44,270 nucleotides of DNA from a virus (lineage: Duplodnaviria > Caudoviricetes). The notes under the pieces are model-generated. The model saw only the letters and a list, made by a program, of their open reading frames with translations. It was not told where the DNA came from and made no database searches. The stretch lies in IMG/VR virus record IMGVR_UViG_3300037782_000174, positions 1-44,270 of that record, one strand, 5' to 3'. A program made the translations under genes and the position numbers. Positions 1 through 8,875 of this stretch are shown one piece after another (positions within the stretch are counted from its first letter, which is position 1; the number at the start of each line of letters is the position of its first letter).

Positions 1-654
1 CTAGGCCGCAGCCTTGCCTTTGCCGAGCTTGGCGGCTTCGCGCGCCAGAGCTTCGATCTCATCCCAGGCGCCCTTGGCAATGAGATCGTCCGGCGCAACC
101 CAAGACCCGCCGATGCAGATCACATTAGGCAGCGACAGGTAATCGCGCGCATTGGCGGGCGTGATGCCGCCTGTCGGGCAGAAGCTGATGCTGGCCAGCG
201 GCGATGATATCGACTTCAGAAACGAAGCGCCGCCAGCCTGTTCGGCCGGGAAGAACTTCATCATGCGGTAGCCCTCTTCGCGCAATGCCATCATTTCCGA
301 TGGCGTAATCGCGCCCGGCAGGAAGGGCGTCTGATGCTCATGAGCCGCGTCCAGCAGTTCCTGCGTCGTGCCGGGGCTGACGATGAAGCGCGCGCCCGCT
401 CTGGTAGCGGCACTGAAGTCGCGCGATGAAAGGATCGTACCGGCGCCGACGATCGCGTCCGGAACCTCGGCGGCCGTCAGCGCGATGGCGTCGATCGCGT
501 CGTCGGTGCGCAGCGTGATCTCAATCGCCTTCAGCCCGCCCTTTACCAGTGCGCGCGCCAGAGGCACGGCGTCGGCAAGCCGGTCGATTTTCAACACCGG
601 AATCACCGGCTGTCCGGCGATCAGTTCGATGATGGCTTTCGATCTGTCTTTCAT
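1..654 (-). CDS. eda: 2-dehydro-3-deoxyphosphogluconate (KDPG/KHG) aldolase, host gene
   Basis: Motifs IEITLRT, VGAGT, FIVSPG, KFFPAE, FCPTGGI and GGSW. ATG at 654 (MKDRS) preferred over the ORF-track start at 705. Confidence 0.95.
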   Translation of the reverse strand: MKDRSKAIIELIAGQPVIPVLKIDRLADAVPLARALVKGGLKAIEITLRTDDAIDAIALTAAEVPDAIVGAGTILSSRDFSAATRAGARFIVSPGTTQELLDAAHEHQTPFLPGAITPSEMMALREEGYRMMKFFPAEQAGGASFLKSISSPLASISFCPTGGITPANARDYLSLPNVICIGGSWVAPDDLIAKGAWDEIEALAREAAKLGKGKAAA

Positions 655-726
655 GCGTCCGTCGATCCGTTGGTCTAATCGATTTATTTCGGGCGCTTCT
701 ATCACAGGTTGGGTGACTGGCCAGCA

Positions 727-1608
727 TCAATTGCGGCAAGTGAGGAAGGTCACAATCCGCGCCCACCACCGACGCAGCCGGCCCCCGAGCGAGAGCCGGG
801 CGCGCAGGGCGGCGAGCGTACCGGTGTCGGCGACGCCGTTCGCGGGCAGGCCTTCATCCTCCTGGAAGCGGCGGAGAGCCATCGCAGTCAGCCGGCCAAA
901 TCGCCCGTCGATTGCGAGCGGATAGCCGGCGGCCGACAGCGCTGACTGTAGGTCGGCGACCGCTTTGCCGCTCGCGCCACGCCGAAGCGTTCCCTCTCCG
1001 ACGGGCTTTGGCGCAGGCGTGCCGTTCTTTGCGTATCTGGCGTAGGCAGTGGTAAGTTTCTTGTGGTAGCGGTTCTTGCGGTAACCGGGGCCGTTATAGC
1101 CGCGTGCAAAGCGCGCCCAGTCCCGGTCGGCAAGCGCATCGCGCAGCCCGGCTTTCACGATGTAGCGCGCCATCAGGCGCGCCTGGCCGCCTACGCCGGA
1201 TCGCGCTTCGGCAACCAGCGCGTCGACATTTGCGAATCCAAGCCACGCCCAATGCGCGCCCATGACCTGGCCAAGCCCCCAGGATACGGATTCATAGGCT
1301 GCCTTGCGGTCGATGCGCGCAGCACGTTCCAACATCCGCCATCTGGCTGCCTGACTGGCTGGGTTGGCGATCTTGCCGGCTTCGGGCGCGGACAGGCCGG
1401 CGCGGCGGGCGCGACTTCGTTTGTCGCCCACCAGACGGCGGTCAAAATAATGTCCCTCGAAGCGGATCAGCGGTTCGCGGCGGCCTTCAAAAAGCGCATA
1501 GGCCCTGCCGCCCGCCTCGACCTCGGCGACGGCGAGCAGCGCTGCCGGCTCGATGCCGAATTCCGTTGCCGTTGCGGCGATCGCGTTTCTGGTTTTGTTG
1601 GTGAACAT
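727..1608 (-). CDS. N-acetylmuramidase (DUF3380-like) with C-terminal peptidoglycan-binding domain; probably host
   Basis: Muramidase motifs AVAEVEAGG, IRFEGHYF, SWGLGQVMG and FARGYNGPGY; PG-binding motif LRRGASGKAVADLQ..L...IDGRFG.T..A...FQ. ATG at 1608. Confidence 0.85.
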   Translation of the reverse strand: MFTNKTRNAIAATATEFGIEPAALLAVAEVEAGGRAYALFEGRREPLIRFEGHYFDRRLVGDKRSRARRAGLSAPEAGKIANPASQAARWRMLERAARIDRKAAYESVSWGLGQVMGAHWAWLGFANVDALVAEARSGVGGQARLMARYIVKAGLRDALADRDWARFARGYNGPGYRKNRYHKKLTTAYARYAKNGTPAPKPVGEGTLRRGASGKAVADLQSALSAAGYPLAIDGRFGRLTAMALRRFQEDEGLPANGVADTGTLAALRARLSLGGRLRRWWARIVTFLTCRN

Positions 1609-1919
1609 GTCTCGCCCCGCTGTTGTCTGCCACCGGGTCTTAGAATTAGTGGGAATAGGTGGGAACAGCCGGGAAGAACTGAAAAGTCGCGGCAAAACAA
1701 TCACATAAGCGAACGGTAGTGGGAGCAGCCGGTTCGGTCGACTTGACGGCGGGTTTTAGAAGGAACGGCGCGCCAAGCACCGGAAGGGCATGCGATGACC
1801 AGCGCGTCCGACCAGGCTTTATGAACACTCAAATGAGCACCTAAAGCCCAGAAAACCAGCCTTTAGAGCCATTTCGGCGGCCGCACAGTTCTTGGTCAAA
1901 TCGGCGCGAAAACCAAAAT

Positions 1920-2017
1920 CAAGTTGGACGCAGCATCCAAGTTCGTCGAGAACGGCGACAAGAACAATAAAAACAATAGGATACCAGCGGTAAGCGATCA
2001 CATTGCAAGTTGGATGC
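1920..2017. repeat. Three copies of a CAAGTTGGAYGC-like motif; candidate transposase end-binding sites
   Basis: CAAGTTGGACGC at 1920-1931, an inverted near-copy GCATCCAAGTT at 1933-1943, and CAAGTTGGATGC at 2006-2017, all in AT-richer non-coding DNA at the prophage left edge. Confidence 0.55.
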
Positions 2018-2346
2018 TATTCCACAAATCCATAGCTCTTTGCGATGCGCCTGATCTGGGCGCAGTGGGCTGTTTTGGCTGAGTCCGACATCTCATCAAG
2101 ATCATACCCGGCACCTTGTGTCATGGTCGCCAATATTGACGGGAACTGCATGTCGTCGTCCGGAACCCGCTCTTCAATGAAGGCCTCGATTGCTGCAGGG
2201 TTGTAGGACAGGGAACAGACCGATTCCGAGCCGAGCACCGTCCCCAGCGCCTGTGCAAGCTGGAGACGATCCAGGTCAGACAGCGCCAAAGAACCTATAG
2301 TGGAGCAGACTAGAGCTACCACTGCTATTGCGACCCTATACGGCAT
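2017..2346 (-). CDS. Small exported protein of unknown function
   Basis: 109 aa with a hydrophobic N-terminal signal-like segment; co-directional downstream of the repressor. Confidence 0.7.
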   Translation of the reverse strand: MPYRVAIAVVALVCSTIGSLALSDLDRLQLAQALGTVLGSESVCSLSYNPAAIEAFIEERVPDDDMQFPSILATMTQGAGYDLDEMSDSAKTAHCAQIRRIAKSYGFVE

Positions 2347-2350
2347 TCGT

Positions 2351-2668
2351 TCAATCCTTTCGTGGATTGTGCTGGCCGGGAATGTCTTCGGTGATCAGTG
2401 TGCGTTGGCCACGCGTGAAAAGCGTTATCAGGCCTAAGATCAAAGCGCCCGCCACCCAGAAGAACAGAAGCATGCCGGTCGCAAGCGTAGCGCCCACGGC
2501 ACCGCCAGCCCGTTCAGCCTCAGACTGCATCTCAGACATCAGGTTTCCAGCTGACACCCAATACGTAATCAACCAAAGTAACATCAAGAGGTTGAACGCG
2601 ATAAAGAGGAACTTCGCTAGCTTGCCGAAGAAGCCCCTCTTCCGAACTTCTCTTTGAATCGTTGCCAT
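2351..2668 (-). CDS. Small two-TM membrane protein
   Basis: Basic N-terminus and two hydrophobic helices; strong RBS (AAGGAGGAGG on the - strand). Confidence 0.8.
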   Translation of the reverse strand: MATIQREVRKRGFFGKLAKFLFIAFNLLMLLWLITYWVSAGNLMSEMQSEAERAGGAVGATLATGMLLFFWVAGALILGLITLFTRGQRTLITEDIPGQHNPRKD

Positions 2669-2696
2669 GGTTTGAGAGCCTCCTCCTTATCTTGAT

Positions 2697-3344
2697 TCAG
2701 ACTGCGCCGCCGGTCCATCGGACCCGCCCCTCAATTATCAATTCGGGCTGCTCGTGCGGTCTGACTTCTTCAGTCTGGTAGGCCGGATTGTCGCTTTTCA
2801 ACAAGACAACACCGGAAAGAAGAACCTGGATGCGCTTGAGCTTCACCAAGCCGGCATACACCAGGACATAGATGCCCTCGTCTACGACCTTGTCGATTGA
2901 CCGGTCGACGAGCACGAGATCGCCGTGGCTGATGGTCGGGTACATCGAATCGCCTTCGGCCACAATGATCTGAGCGTGCTTCGGGTTAACTCCCAGTCGC
3001 CTTAGCCAATCGCGGCGGAACGCGACCACTTGGGTATCCGCCTCCTCGATCACTGCTAGACGCCCGGAGCCGGCGCTCGCTCGAACATCTAGGTGAGGAA
3101 TCGCAATGAAGTCGTCGCCTGTGCGCATCATCTTTTGAGAAGTATTCTCCTCGTTGACCAGCCAGTCCATGGAGACCCCATACGCGCGCGCGATGGCAAG
3201 AGCGTTTGAAAGCGTTGGCTGAGAACCGCTCAGATATTGGCGAATCGACGCCGGGTCCAGTTCAGAACGCCGCGCTAGCGCCGATTGGTTTCCCCCTTCT
3301 TCTGCATCGATCAACTGCCGTAGTCGCTCTTTGAATCCCAACAC
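2697..3344 (-). CDS. Prophage repressor, XRE HTH plus S24 (LexA/CI-type) autopeptidase
   Basis: N-terminal HTH (NQSALARRSELDPASIRQY), cleavage-site-like ASAGSG, catalytic GDSMYP and LKRI; divergent from ner. Confidence 0.93.
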   Translation of the reverse strand: MLGFKERLRQLIDAEEGGNQSALARRSELDPASIRQYLSGSQPTLSNALAIARAYGVSMDWLVNEENTSQKMMRTGDDFIAIPHLDVRASAGSGRLAVIEEADTQVVAFRRDWLRRLGVNPKHAQIIVAEGDSMYPTISHGDLVLVDRSIDKVVDEGIYVLVYAGLVKLKRIQVLLSGVVLLKSDNPAYQTEEVRPHEQPELIIEGRVRWTGGAV

Positions 3345-3400
3345 TCCCCCTCGGTAGGATAATTCTCCTTGACATCTAAGGAGAATACTCCCAATCCTTA
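3138..3400. promoter_or_regulatory. Divergent immunity switch: operator-like AGGAGAAT(A/T) sites and an early promoter -35 TTGACA
   Basis: AGGATAATTCTCCT (3356-3369) and AGGAGAATACTCCC (3379-3392) flank TTGACA (3369-3374). A third copy, AGTATTCTCCT (3141-3151), is the exact reverse complement of 3379-3389 and lies inside the repressor gene. Confidence 0.65.
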
Positions 3401-3436
3401 GGCTGCATCCACGACCGTGGATTTAGACCACCGAAA

Positions 3437-3465
3437 GAAGGGAGGCCCTGGACCGGCCTCCCTTC
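3437..3465. promoter_or_regulatory. 11-bp hairpin in the early (ner) leader
   Basis: GAAGGGAGGCC-ctggacc-GGCCTCCCTTC. Confidence 0.55.
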
Positions 3466-3481
3466 ACCACCGGAGCGCAGT

Positions 3482-3775
3482 ATGGACCCGATCGCCCGTG
3501 CGGCCAAGATCAGGGGAGACCTCTTCGTCAGAGGTCTCACCTTCGCCGACATCGACCGTCGCTACGACCTTCCCGAAGGCACCGCCTACCGGACGGCGCA
3601 CCGGGAGCCCAACGCAAAGGGCGAGGCTGCGATTTCCGCCACTCTCGCTGTCGAAGCCAATGAGCTTTGGCCCGAACGCTATGAAGCCAGCGGTCAGCGG
3701 AAGCACCCGCAACCTCCCGAAAATTATGAGCGGCCCCCGACGCTGCGGCAACGCCGAAACGAAAGGGCCGCATAG
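3482..3775 (+). CDS. ner: Ner/Nlp-like HTH transcriptional regulator
   Basis: Ner-family pattern I...L..RGLT...I, GEAAI...L......LWPERY; Mu ner position. Confidence 0.85.
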   Translation: MDPIARAAKIRGDLFVRGLTFADIDRRYDLPEGTAYRTAHREPNAKGEAAISATLAVEANELWPERYEASGQRKHPQPPENYERPPTLRQRRNERAA

Positions 3776-3777
3776 AC

Positions 3778-3918
3778 ATGGTGCCTGTCAAAATCGTCCG
3801 CGGATTTGGCTGCCGCCGAATGCCACGTGACCGTTCAGCTTCACTCATCGCCGCGGCGGCAACCCTCGCCATTGTTGCTGGGGTCCTGATCTTCGTTTCC
3901 GCGGGGGTCCGGCCATGA
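3778..3918 (+). CDS. Small 46-aa single-TM protein (below the ORF-track cutoff)
   Basis: Translates to MVPVKIVRGFGCRRMPRDRSASLIAAAATLAIVAGVLIFVSAGVRP*. Fills the gap and ends in an ATGA overlap with 3915; alternative start at 3820. Confidence 0.55.
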   Translation: MVPVKIVRGFGCRRMPRDRSASLIAAAATLAIVAGVLIFVSAGVRP

Positions 3919-4280
3919 ACGCACCGTTCTCCGTTGACCGCCCGGACCTCTTGCATCGCGCTGTTGTCGAAGTCCTCACCGGCGTTTTCCCGACGATCCG
4001 GGAAGATACGCTCCTGTCTTCTGAAAAGCTCAACCACACGACCAGCTGGGTGCGCCAGGTCGGCATGTATCTGATGGCGTCACGTCTCCAGGCCGGCCAA
4101 ACCCCGACTGCCCGTCATTTCGGCAGGGACCGCACGACGGTCAGCCACGCTTGCCAGCTCTGCGTGATCGAAGCGGCCGAGCGGCCGTCAACAGCGGCCT
4201 TTTTCGATTTCCTTGAACGCGAGGCGCTCGCTGCGCTCGATCGCTTTGCGCGGCAAGAGCAAGAGTGGGGTGTCGTCTGA
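3915..4280 (+). CDS. DnaA C-terminal-like (domain IV) HTH protein
   Basis: RQVGMYL...TARHFGRDRTTVSHAC matches the DnaA domain IV signature. Confidence 0.75.
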   Translation: MNAPFSVDRPDLLHRAVVEVLTGVFPTIREDTLLSSEKLNHTTSWVRQVGMYLMASRLQAGQTPTARHFGRDRTTVSHACQLCVIEAAERPSTAAFFDFLEREALAALDRFARQEQEWGVV

Positions 4281-5080
4281 TGGCCGAGTTCAAGACGATA
4301 CCGCTTGAGAAGATCATCGTGCCGGAGCGGCTGCGCGCGGTCGAGGAAGACCACGCCTTCATGATTGGCCAGTCGATCGCTCGTATCGGCCTCCTTAACC
4401 CGGTCACCGTCAGACCTACACCCCGCGCGGAACGGCCCTATACGCTGATTGCGGGTGCCCACCGGCTGCGTGGTGCCGAACTCGCCGGGCTTCAGGCAAT
4501 CGAAGCAACGGTGGTCAAGGCCGACAAGGCCGATGGCCAGATGGTGGAGATCGAGGAGAACGTATTCCGCAATGAGCTGTCAGCACTGGATCGGGCGGTG
4601 TTTGTGCTGCGCTACCGGGAGCTGTGGGAAGAAAAGCACGGCTGGAACAAGGGCGGCCGACCGAATGCGGAAACCTCCGCCAACTTGGCGGAGGTTTCTG
4701 AAGACACTGCCCAAGATCACTTCTTCGAACGGGTCAGCGAGCGCATGGGGCTATCGCGGCGCGCAGTTGAGCGCGCCCAGCAGATAGGTAGATCGCTCAC
4801 CCCGGAACTGCGCCAGCGACTACGCGGTACGGACGAGGCCGACAATCAGAGCCTGCTGCTGAAGCTCGCCAAGCTCGACCCGACGCGACAGCACCAGATC
4901 GCCATCGCAGCAAGCGACGGCTGCAACATCCGAGATGCCATCGAGGTCACAGACAAGACGAGCCGTGCGCAGAAGTCCGCCCAGGAGGAGCTGTTCGACA
5001 GGCTCGTTGCGACCTGGTCGCGCGCCGACGAAGCGACGCGCGCGCGCTTTCTTTCGGAAATCGGTGTGAGGGGAGCCTAA
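4280..5080 (+). CDS. ParB/RepB/Spo0J N-terminal domain protein
   Basis: IGLLNPVTV, LIAGAHRLRGA and EIEENVFRNELS motifs; TGATG coupling at 4278-4282. Confidence 0.85.
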   Translation: MAEFKTIPLEKIIVPERLRAVEEDHAFMIGQSIARIGLLNPVTVRPTPRAERPYTLIAGAHRLRGAELAGLQAIEATVVKADKADGQMVEIEENVFRNELSALDRAVFVLRYRELWEEKHGWNKGGRPNAETSANLAEVSEDTAQDHFFERVSERMGLSRRAVERAQQIGRSLTPELRQRLRGTDEADNQSLLLKLAKLDPTRQHQIAIAASDGCNIRDAIEVTDKTSRAQKSAQEELFDRLVATWSRADEATRARFLSEIGVRGA

Positions 5081-5084
5081 CCCG

Positions 5085-5555
5085 ATGCCGGCGAGGAAAC
5101 AGCGCGACACGGCGCAGGGCGACCTGTTCGAACCGATCTATCCATCACGGATGCCGAAGACCGGCATGGACGGAGCCGCCCTGCGTTCCAAGGTGGCGCG
5201 GGCCATGTCTGAAGCGCTGCGCGAGTGTCCTGACGACCGATATGCGGTTGCCATGCGCATGGCCCAGGAACTCGGCCAGCCGTCATTCTCCAAGGCGATG
5301 CTCGACAGCTACACTGCCGAGAGCAAGGACGCCCACAATATCAGCTTCGTGAAACTGGTCGCCTTCGTTCGGGCGACCGGCTGTTCGTGGCTCTGGGACT
5401 TTCTGCTCAAGGACGAGGGTTACACCGTGCTGCAGGGAGACGAAGCCCGGCTGGCCGAGATCGGCCGCGTTCAGCAGGAAATGAAGGAACTCGACCAGCG
5501 TCTGAAAGCATTGCGTGCCGAACCTGTCGTGATCGGACGGAGGCAGCGCGGGTGA
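5085..5555 (+). CDS. Phage protein, probable DNA-binding regulator
   Basis: 156 aa with RBS, coupled to the transposase start; C-terminal coiled coil. Confidence 0.7.
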   Translation: MPARKQRDTAQGDLFEPIYPSRMPKTGMDGAALRSKVARAMSEALRECPDDRYAVAMRMAQELGQPSFSKAMLDSYTAESKDAHNISFVKLVAFVRATGCSWLWDFLLKDEGYTVLQGDEARLAEIGRVQQEMKELDQRLKALRAEPVVIGRRQRG

Positions 5556-7480
5556 GAAGCTTGGACGCGGCAGCGCGGAAGGAATGGTTCAGCCCGGCCG
5601 AAATCGTCGCTGCCGGCGCGCCGGAGCTTCCTGGAACGGTTCGTACCATCAACAGCATGGCGGTCGCCCGAGGCTGGCGAGCGGACCCCGCCAAAGCGCG
5701 CCGGGCTACACAACGAGGCGGCGGATGGGAATATCACATCTCTGTGCTGCCGCCTGGCGCTCGGGCGCGGCTTTTGCTCGCGGCCGAACCGCTGCCCGAG
5801 CGCAAGCAAAGCCCCGCCTCGAAGGCCCTTTGGGCGCGGTATGAGGCGCTCTCAAACCGCCAGAAAGAGGAATGCAGGCGACGGTTGCAGGCGCTCGATC
5901 TTATGGAGGGGCACCTGTCCGCAGGGCGCACGGTCACCGCAGCAGCAGCCCTGACAGCCAACCGTTTCGACACATCGCCCGCCACCATCTTCAACTGGCG
6001 TCGAATGACAGCGGGCACTGACCGGGCCGATTGGCTTGCCACGCTGGCGCCAGCCTACAAGGCAACGGCCAAGTTCGCCGCGTGCCACCCAAAGGCCTGG
6101 GAGATACTAACTGCCGACTGGTTACGATCGGAGGAGCCGAGCTTTTCGTCATGCTACAGGCGCATGCGCAAGGCGGCATCTGCGAACGGTTGGCTTCCAA
6201 TTCCTTCAGAGCGCGCACTACGGCGACGCCTGGAAGCCGAAGTGCCCCGTGCCGTCGCCACACTCGCACGCGCCGGCCGGGACATGGCAAAGACGCTCTT
6301 TCCGGCACAACAGCGCATCCGTTCACATCTCCACGCCATGCAGGCCGTCAACATGGACGGCCACAAGCTGGATGTTTTCGTGCGCCGGGCCGATGGCGGT
6401 GTTGCACGCATGCACCTGATCGCCCTGCAGGACCTCTACTCGGGAATGATCATTGCCTGGCGCCTGGCCGAAACCGAAAACAAGGAGGCTGTGCGGCTCG
6501 TCATCGGGGACATGGTCGAGCGCCACGGGATACCGGAGGCCATCTATCTCGATAACGGTCGCGCCTTCGCATCAAAATGGATATCCGGTGGATCACCGAC
6601 GCGATACCGCTTCAAGGTCAGGGATGAAGACCCGCGCGGGCTGCTGACCACGCTCGGCATCTCAATCAACTTCACACTGCCCTATTCGGGCCAGTCCAAG
6701 CCGATCGAAAGGGCCTTTCGCGACCTCGCCGACGCGATTGCCAAGCACCCGATCTGCGCCGGCGCCTACACAGGCAACCGTCCCGACGCGAAGCCCGAAA
6801 ACTATGGCTCGACGGCCATCGATGAAGACCGGTTCCGCGCTCACGTGGCCAGGGAAATCGAAGCCCACAATCAGCAGCCAGGCCGCCGAGCGGCGTCCTG
6901 CGCAGGCAGGTCATTCCTTGAGACCTTCAAGGACAGCATGGCACAGCCAACGACGCTCGTGCGCTACCCCACTGACGCGCAGAAGGCGCTTTGGCTGTGT
7001 GCCGCAGATCGCGTTCGCGCAAAGCGCGGCTCCGGCGAGATCGAGTTCTTCGGCAACCGCTACTGGGCCGCACCGCTCAATGCCTTTGCGGGCAAAAGCG
7101 TGACCGTCAGGTTCGATCCCGACAACCTCCAACAGCCGATCAGGGTCTATGACCGGGATGAACGGCTTATCTGCGAGGCCGACTGCATAGCACCGGTCGG
7201 GTTCGATGATGCCGATGCCGCACGCGCGACGGCGCGCGACCGGGCGGCCTTCCTGAAGGCGCTGCGCGACCATGAGCGGCTCCGCGACAAGCTCTCCGCA
7301 GATGAGCTGGCGCGGCTCTACGGTGCCGACGATCCGGCACCTGCGGCCGACCCCATACCACCGAAAGTGAAACGTCTGGCGGTTGGCGGCAGGACAGCTG
7401 CGCCAGCTCCTGAAGCAACCGAGGATTTCGAGAACGCATTCAGCCGGGGCCTCCGTCTGATCGCGAGCCGAGACGACTGA
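5552..7480 (+). CDS. Mu-like DDE transposase A
   Basis: N-terminal Mu DNA-binding motif (KEWFSPAEI...GGGWEYHIS), DDE core (MDGHKLD, YLDNGRAF, SKPIERAF) and Mu transposase C-terminal region (VRFDPDNL). GTG start overlaps the upstream stop. Confidence 0.95.
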   Translation: MRSLDAAARKEWFSPAEIVAAGAPELPGTVRTINSMAVARGWRADPAKARRATQRGGGWEYHISVLPPGARARLLLAAEPLPERKQSPASKALWARYEALSNRQKEECRRRLQALDLMEGHLSAGRTVTAAAALTANRFDTSPATIFNWRRMTAGTDRADWLATLAPAYKATAKFAACHPKAWEILTADWLRSEEPSFSSCYRRMRKAASANGWLPIPSERALRRRLEAEVPRAVATLARAGRDMAKTLFPAQQRIRSHLHAMQAVNMDGHKLDVFVRRADGGVARMHLIALQDLYSGMIIAWRLAETENKEAVRLVIGDMVERHGIPEAIYLDNGRAFASKWISGGSPTRYRFKVRDEDPRGLLTTLGISINFTLPYSGQSKPIERAFRDLADAIAKHPICAGAYTGNRPDAKPENYGSTAIDEDRFRAHVAREIEAHNQQPGRRAASCAGRSFLETFKDSMAQPTTLVRYPTDAQKALWLCAADRVRAKRGSGEIEFFGNRYWAAPLNAFAGKSVTVRFDPDNLQQPIRVYDRDERLICEADCIAPVGFDDADAARATARDRAAFLKALRDHERLRDKLSADELARLYGADDPAPAADPIPPKVKRLAVGGRTAAPAPEATEDFENAFSRGLRLIASRDD

Positions 7481-7488
7481 AAAAAGAA

Positions 7489-7507
7489 GGCGGGGTCGAA
7501 CCCCGCC
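7489..7507 (-). terminator. GC hairpin between A and B; U-tract on the - strand
   Basis: GGCGGGG-tcgaa-CCCCGCC preceded on + by an A-run (7480-7485), so it reads as a terminator for a - strand transcript. Confidence 0.5.
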
Positions 7508-7552
7508 AAGCAGCCGGCCCGCATGGGGCCAACACAACAGAGGAAGATATAC

Positions 7553-8563
7553 ATGACCGATCAGACAGTTTCAATCTGGGCACTCCCCGCAACCGCACCA
7601 TCAGCGGATGGCGCCGGCCGCAGCGTCGAGGATGTGGCGGAGTGGCGGAAACTCATTGCGAAGGTAAGCGCGCTCGCCGGAGCACGCGGCTGGTCGAAGG
7701 CCGAAGTCGCCCGGCAGGCTGGCATGGCCGATGGAACGCTCAACCAATGGTTTTCGGGCAAATATGGCGGGCGCCTCGACACGATGAACGCCAAGGTTCG
7801 TCAGTGGCTCGAAGCGCTCGATGAGATGGAGCAACTGACAGAGGGCGTTCCGGCATCGCCAGGCTTTGTCGAAACCCGTACCGCGCGCGAGATCGTCGAG
7901 ACGCTCACCTACGCTCAGATGCTGCCGGAAATGGCAGTCATCACGCTCGCAGCCGGAATGGGCAAGAGCTACACCGCCAAACACTACTGCTCGATCCGAC
8001 CGCACGCCTATCACGTCACCATGACGCCGCACACGAAGACCGTGCACGGTATGCTCGTCGAGATATCCACCGCGCTCGGCATCACCCAGCAAAACCCGGC
8101 GAAGCTGCATCGCGCGATCGGTGACCGGCTGCAGCGCAACGGCCGCAAGACGCTGCTGATCGTCGATGAAGCCCAGAACCTGGTCGATGCAGCGGTCGAC
8201 CAGCTGCGCAGTCTGTTGGACCTCAACGAGTGCGGCATCGCTCTCATCGGCAACGAGGAAATCTACGACCGGTTCAAGAACCGGCCGGACGGGCCCTCTT
8301 ACGCCCAGATCAAGCGGCGCTTCGGCAAGCGGCTCCGCCGTCTGCATCCCTATTCCGAGGACATTCAGATCGTCATCGACGCGTGGGGAATTACCGATGC
8401 GTCCGCCCGGAAGCTGTTGACCGGAATCGGCAACAAGCCGGGTGCGCTTGGACAGATCGACAAGACACTGAAACTCGCCGGGCTGGTCGCCGCCGGCAAA
8501 GGCGAAGCGATCAACGAGCGCCACATCCGCGCCGCCTGGGAAAATCGAGCGGTGGAGGACTGA
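7553..8563 (+). CDS. Mu-like transposition ATPase B (HTH plus AAA)
   Basis: Walker A AAGMGKS, Walker B LLIVDEAQ, N-terminal HTH; RBS GAGGAAG before ATG 7553. Confidence 0.95.
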   Translation: MTDQTVSIWALPATAPSADGAGRSVEDVAEWRKLIAKVSALAGARGWSKAEVARQAGMADGTLNQWFSGKYGGRLDTMNAKVRQWLEALDEMEQLTEGVPASPGFVETRTAREIVETLTYAQMLPEMAVITLAAGMGKSYTAKHYCSIRPHAYHVTMTPHTKTVHGMLVEISTALGITQQNPAKLHRAIGDRLQRNGRKTLLIVDEAQNLVDAAVDQLRSLLDLNECGIALIGNEEIYDRFKNRPDGPSYAQIKRRFGKRLRRLHPYSEDIQIVIDAWGITDASARKLLTGIGNKPGALGQIDKTLKLAGLVAAGKGEAINERHIRAAWENRAVED

Positions 8564-8566
8564 TCG

Positions 8567-8875
8567 ATGAGCAAGGTTCAATGCTCAGTCTCGGAGAGCC
8601 TTTCGCAGTTGCGGCGGTTCTTCGCCGACTACGAAGGGACCGGCGTTCAACTCTCGGGAGATGCGGTTCGCACGCTGCGCAGCGAACTCAAAGAAATGCT
8701 GATTGCCGCACGGCGGATTGAGCATGCGGCCGAGCGCTCGGACTGGAAACGACCGAGCGCTGATCGCGAAACAACCAACGCTGTGGTGGCGGAGCTGGGC
8801 CGGCCGGACAGCAATCTGAGGCTCTTCCCGGTCATTCACCGTACTTTCCATGATGGCCAGGGAGGTGCGGCATGA
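8567..8875 (+). CDS. Hypothetical phage early protein
   Basis: RBS GGAGG; tightly packed operon. Confidence 0.7.
   Translation: MSKVQCSVSESLSQLRRFFADYEGTGVQLSGDAVRTLRSELKEMLIAARRIEHAAERSDWKRPSADRETTNAVVAELGRPDSNLRLFPVIHRTFHDGQGGAA

Noticed and set aside
727-1608. DUF3380 muramidase as a second prophage endolysin
   Set aside because: It lies outside the putative left-end repeats, directly upstream of eda on the same strand, and the prophage has its own lysis block. Treated as probably host.
5387-5551. N-terminal extension of the transposase in the ORF track
   Set aside because: Overlaps the upstream gene; the coupled GTG at 5552 just precedes the Mu DNA-binding motif.
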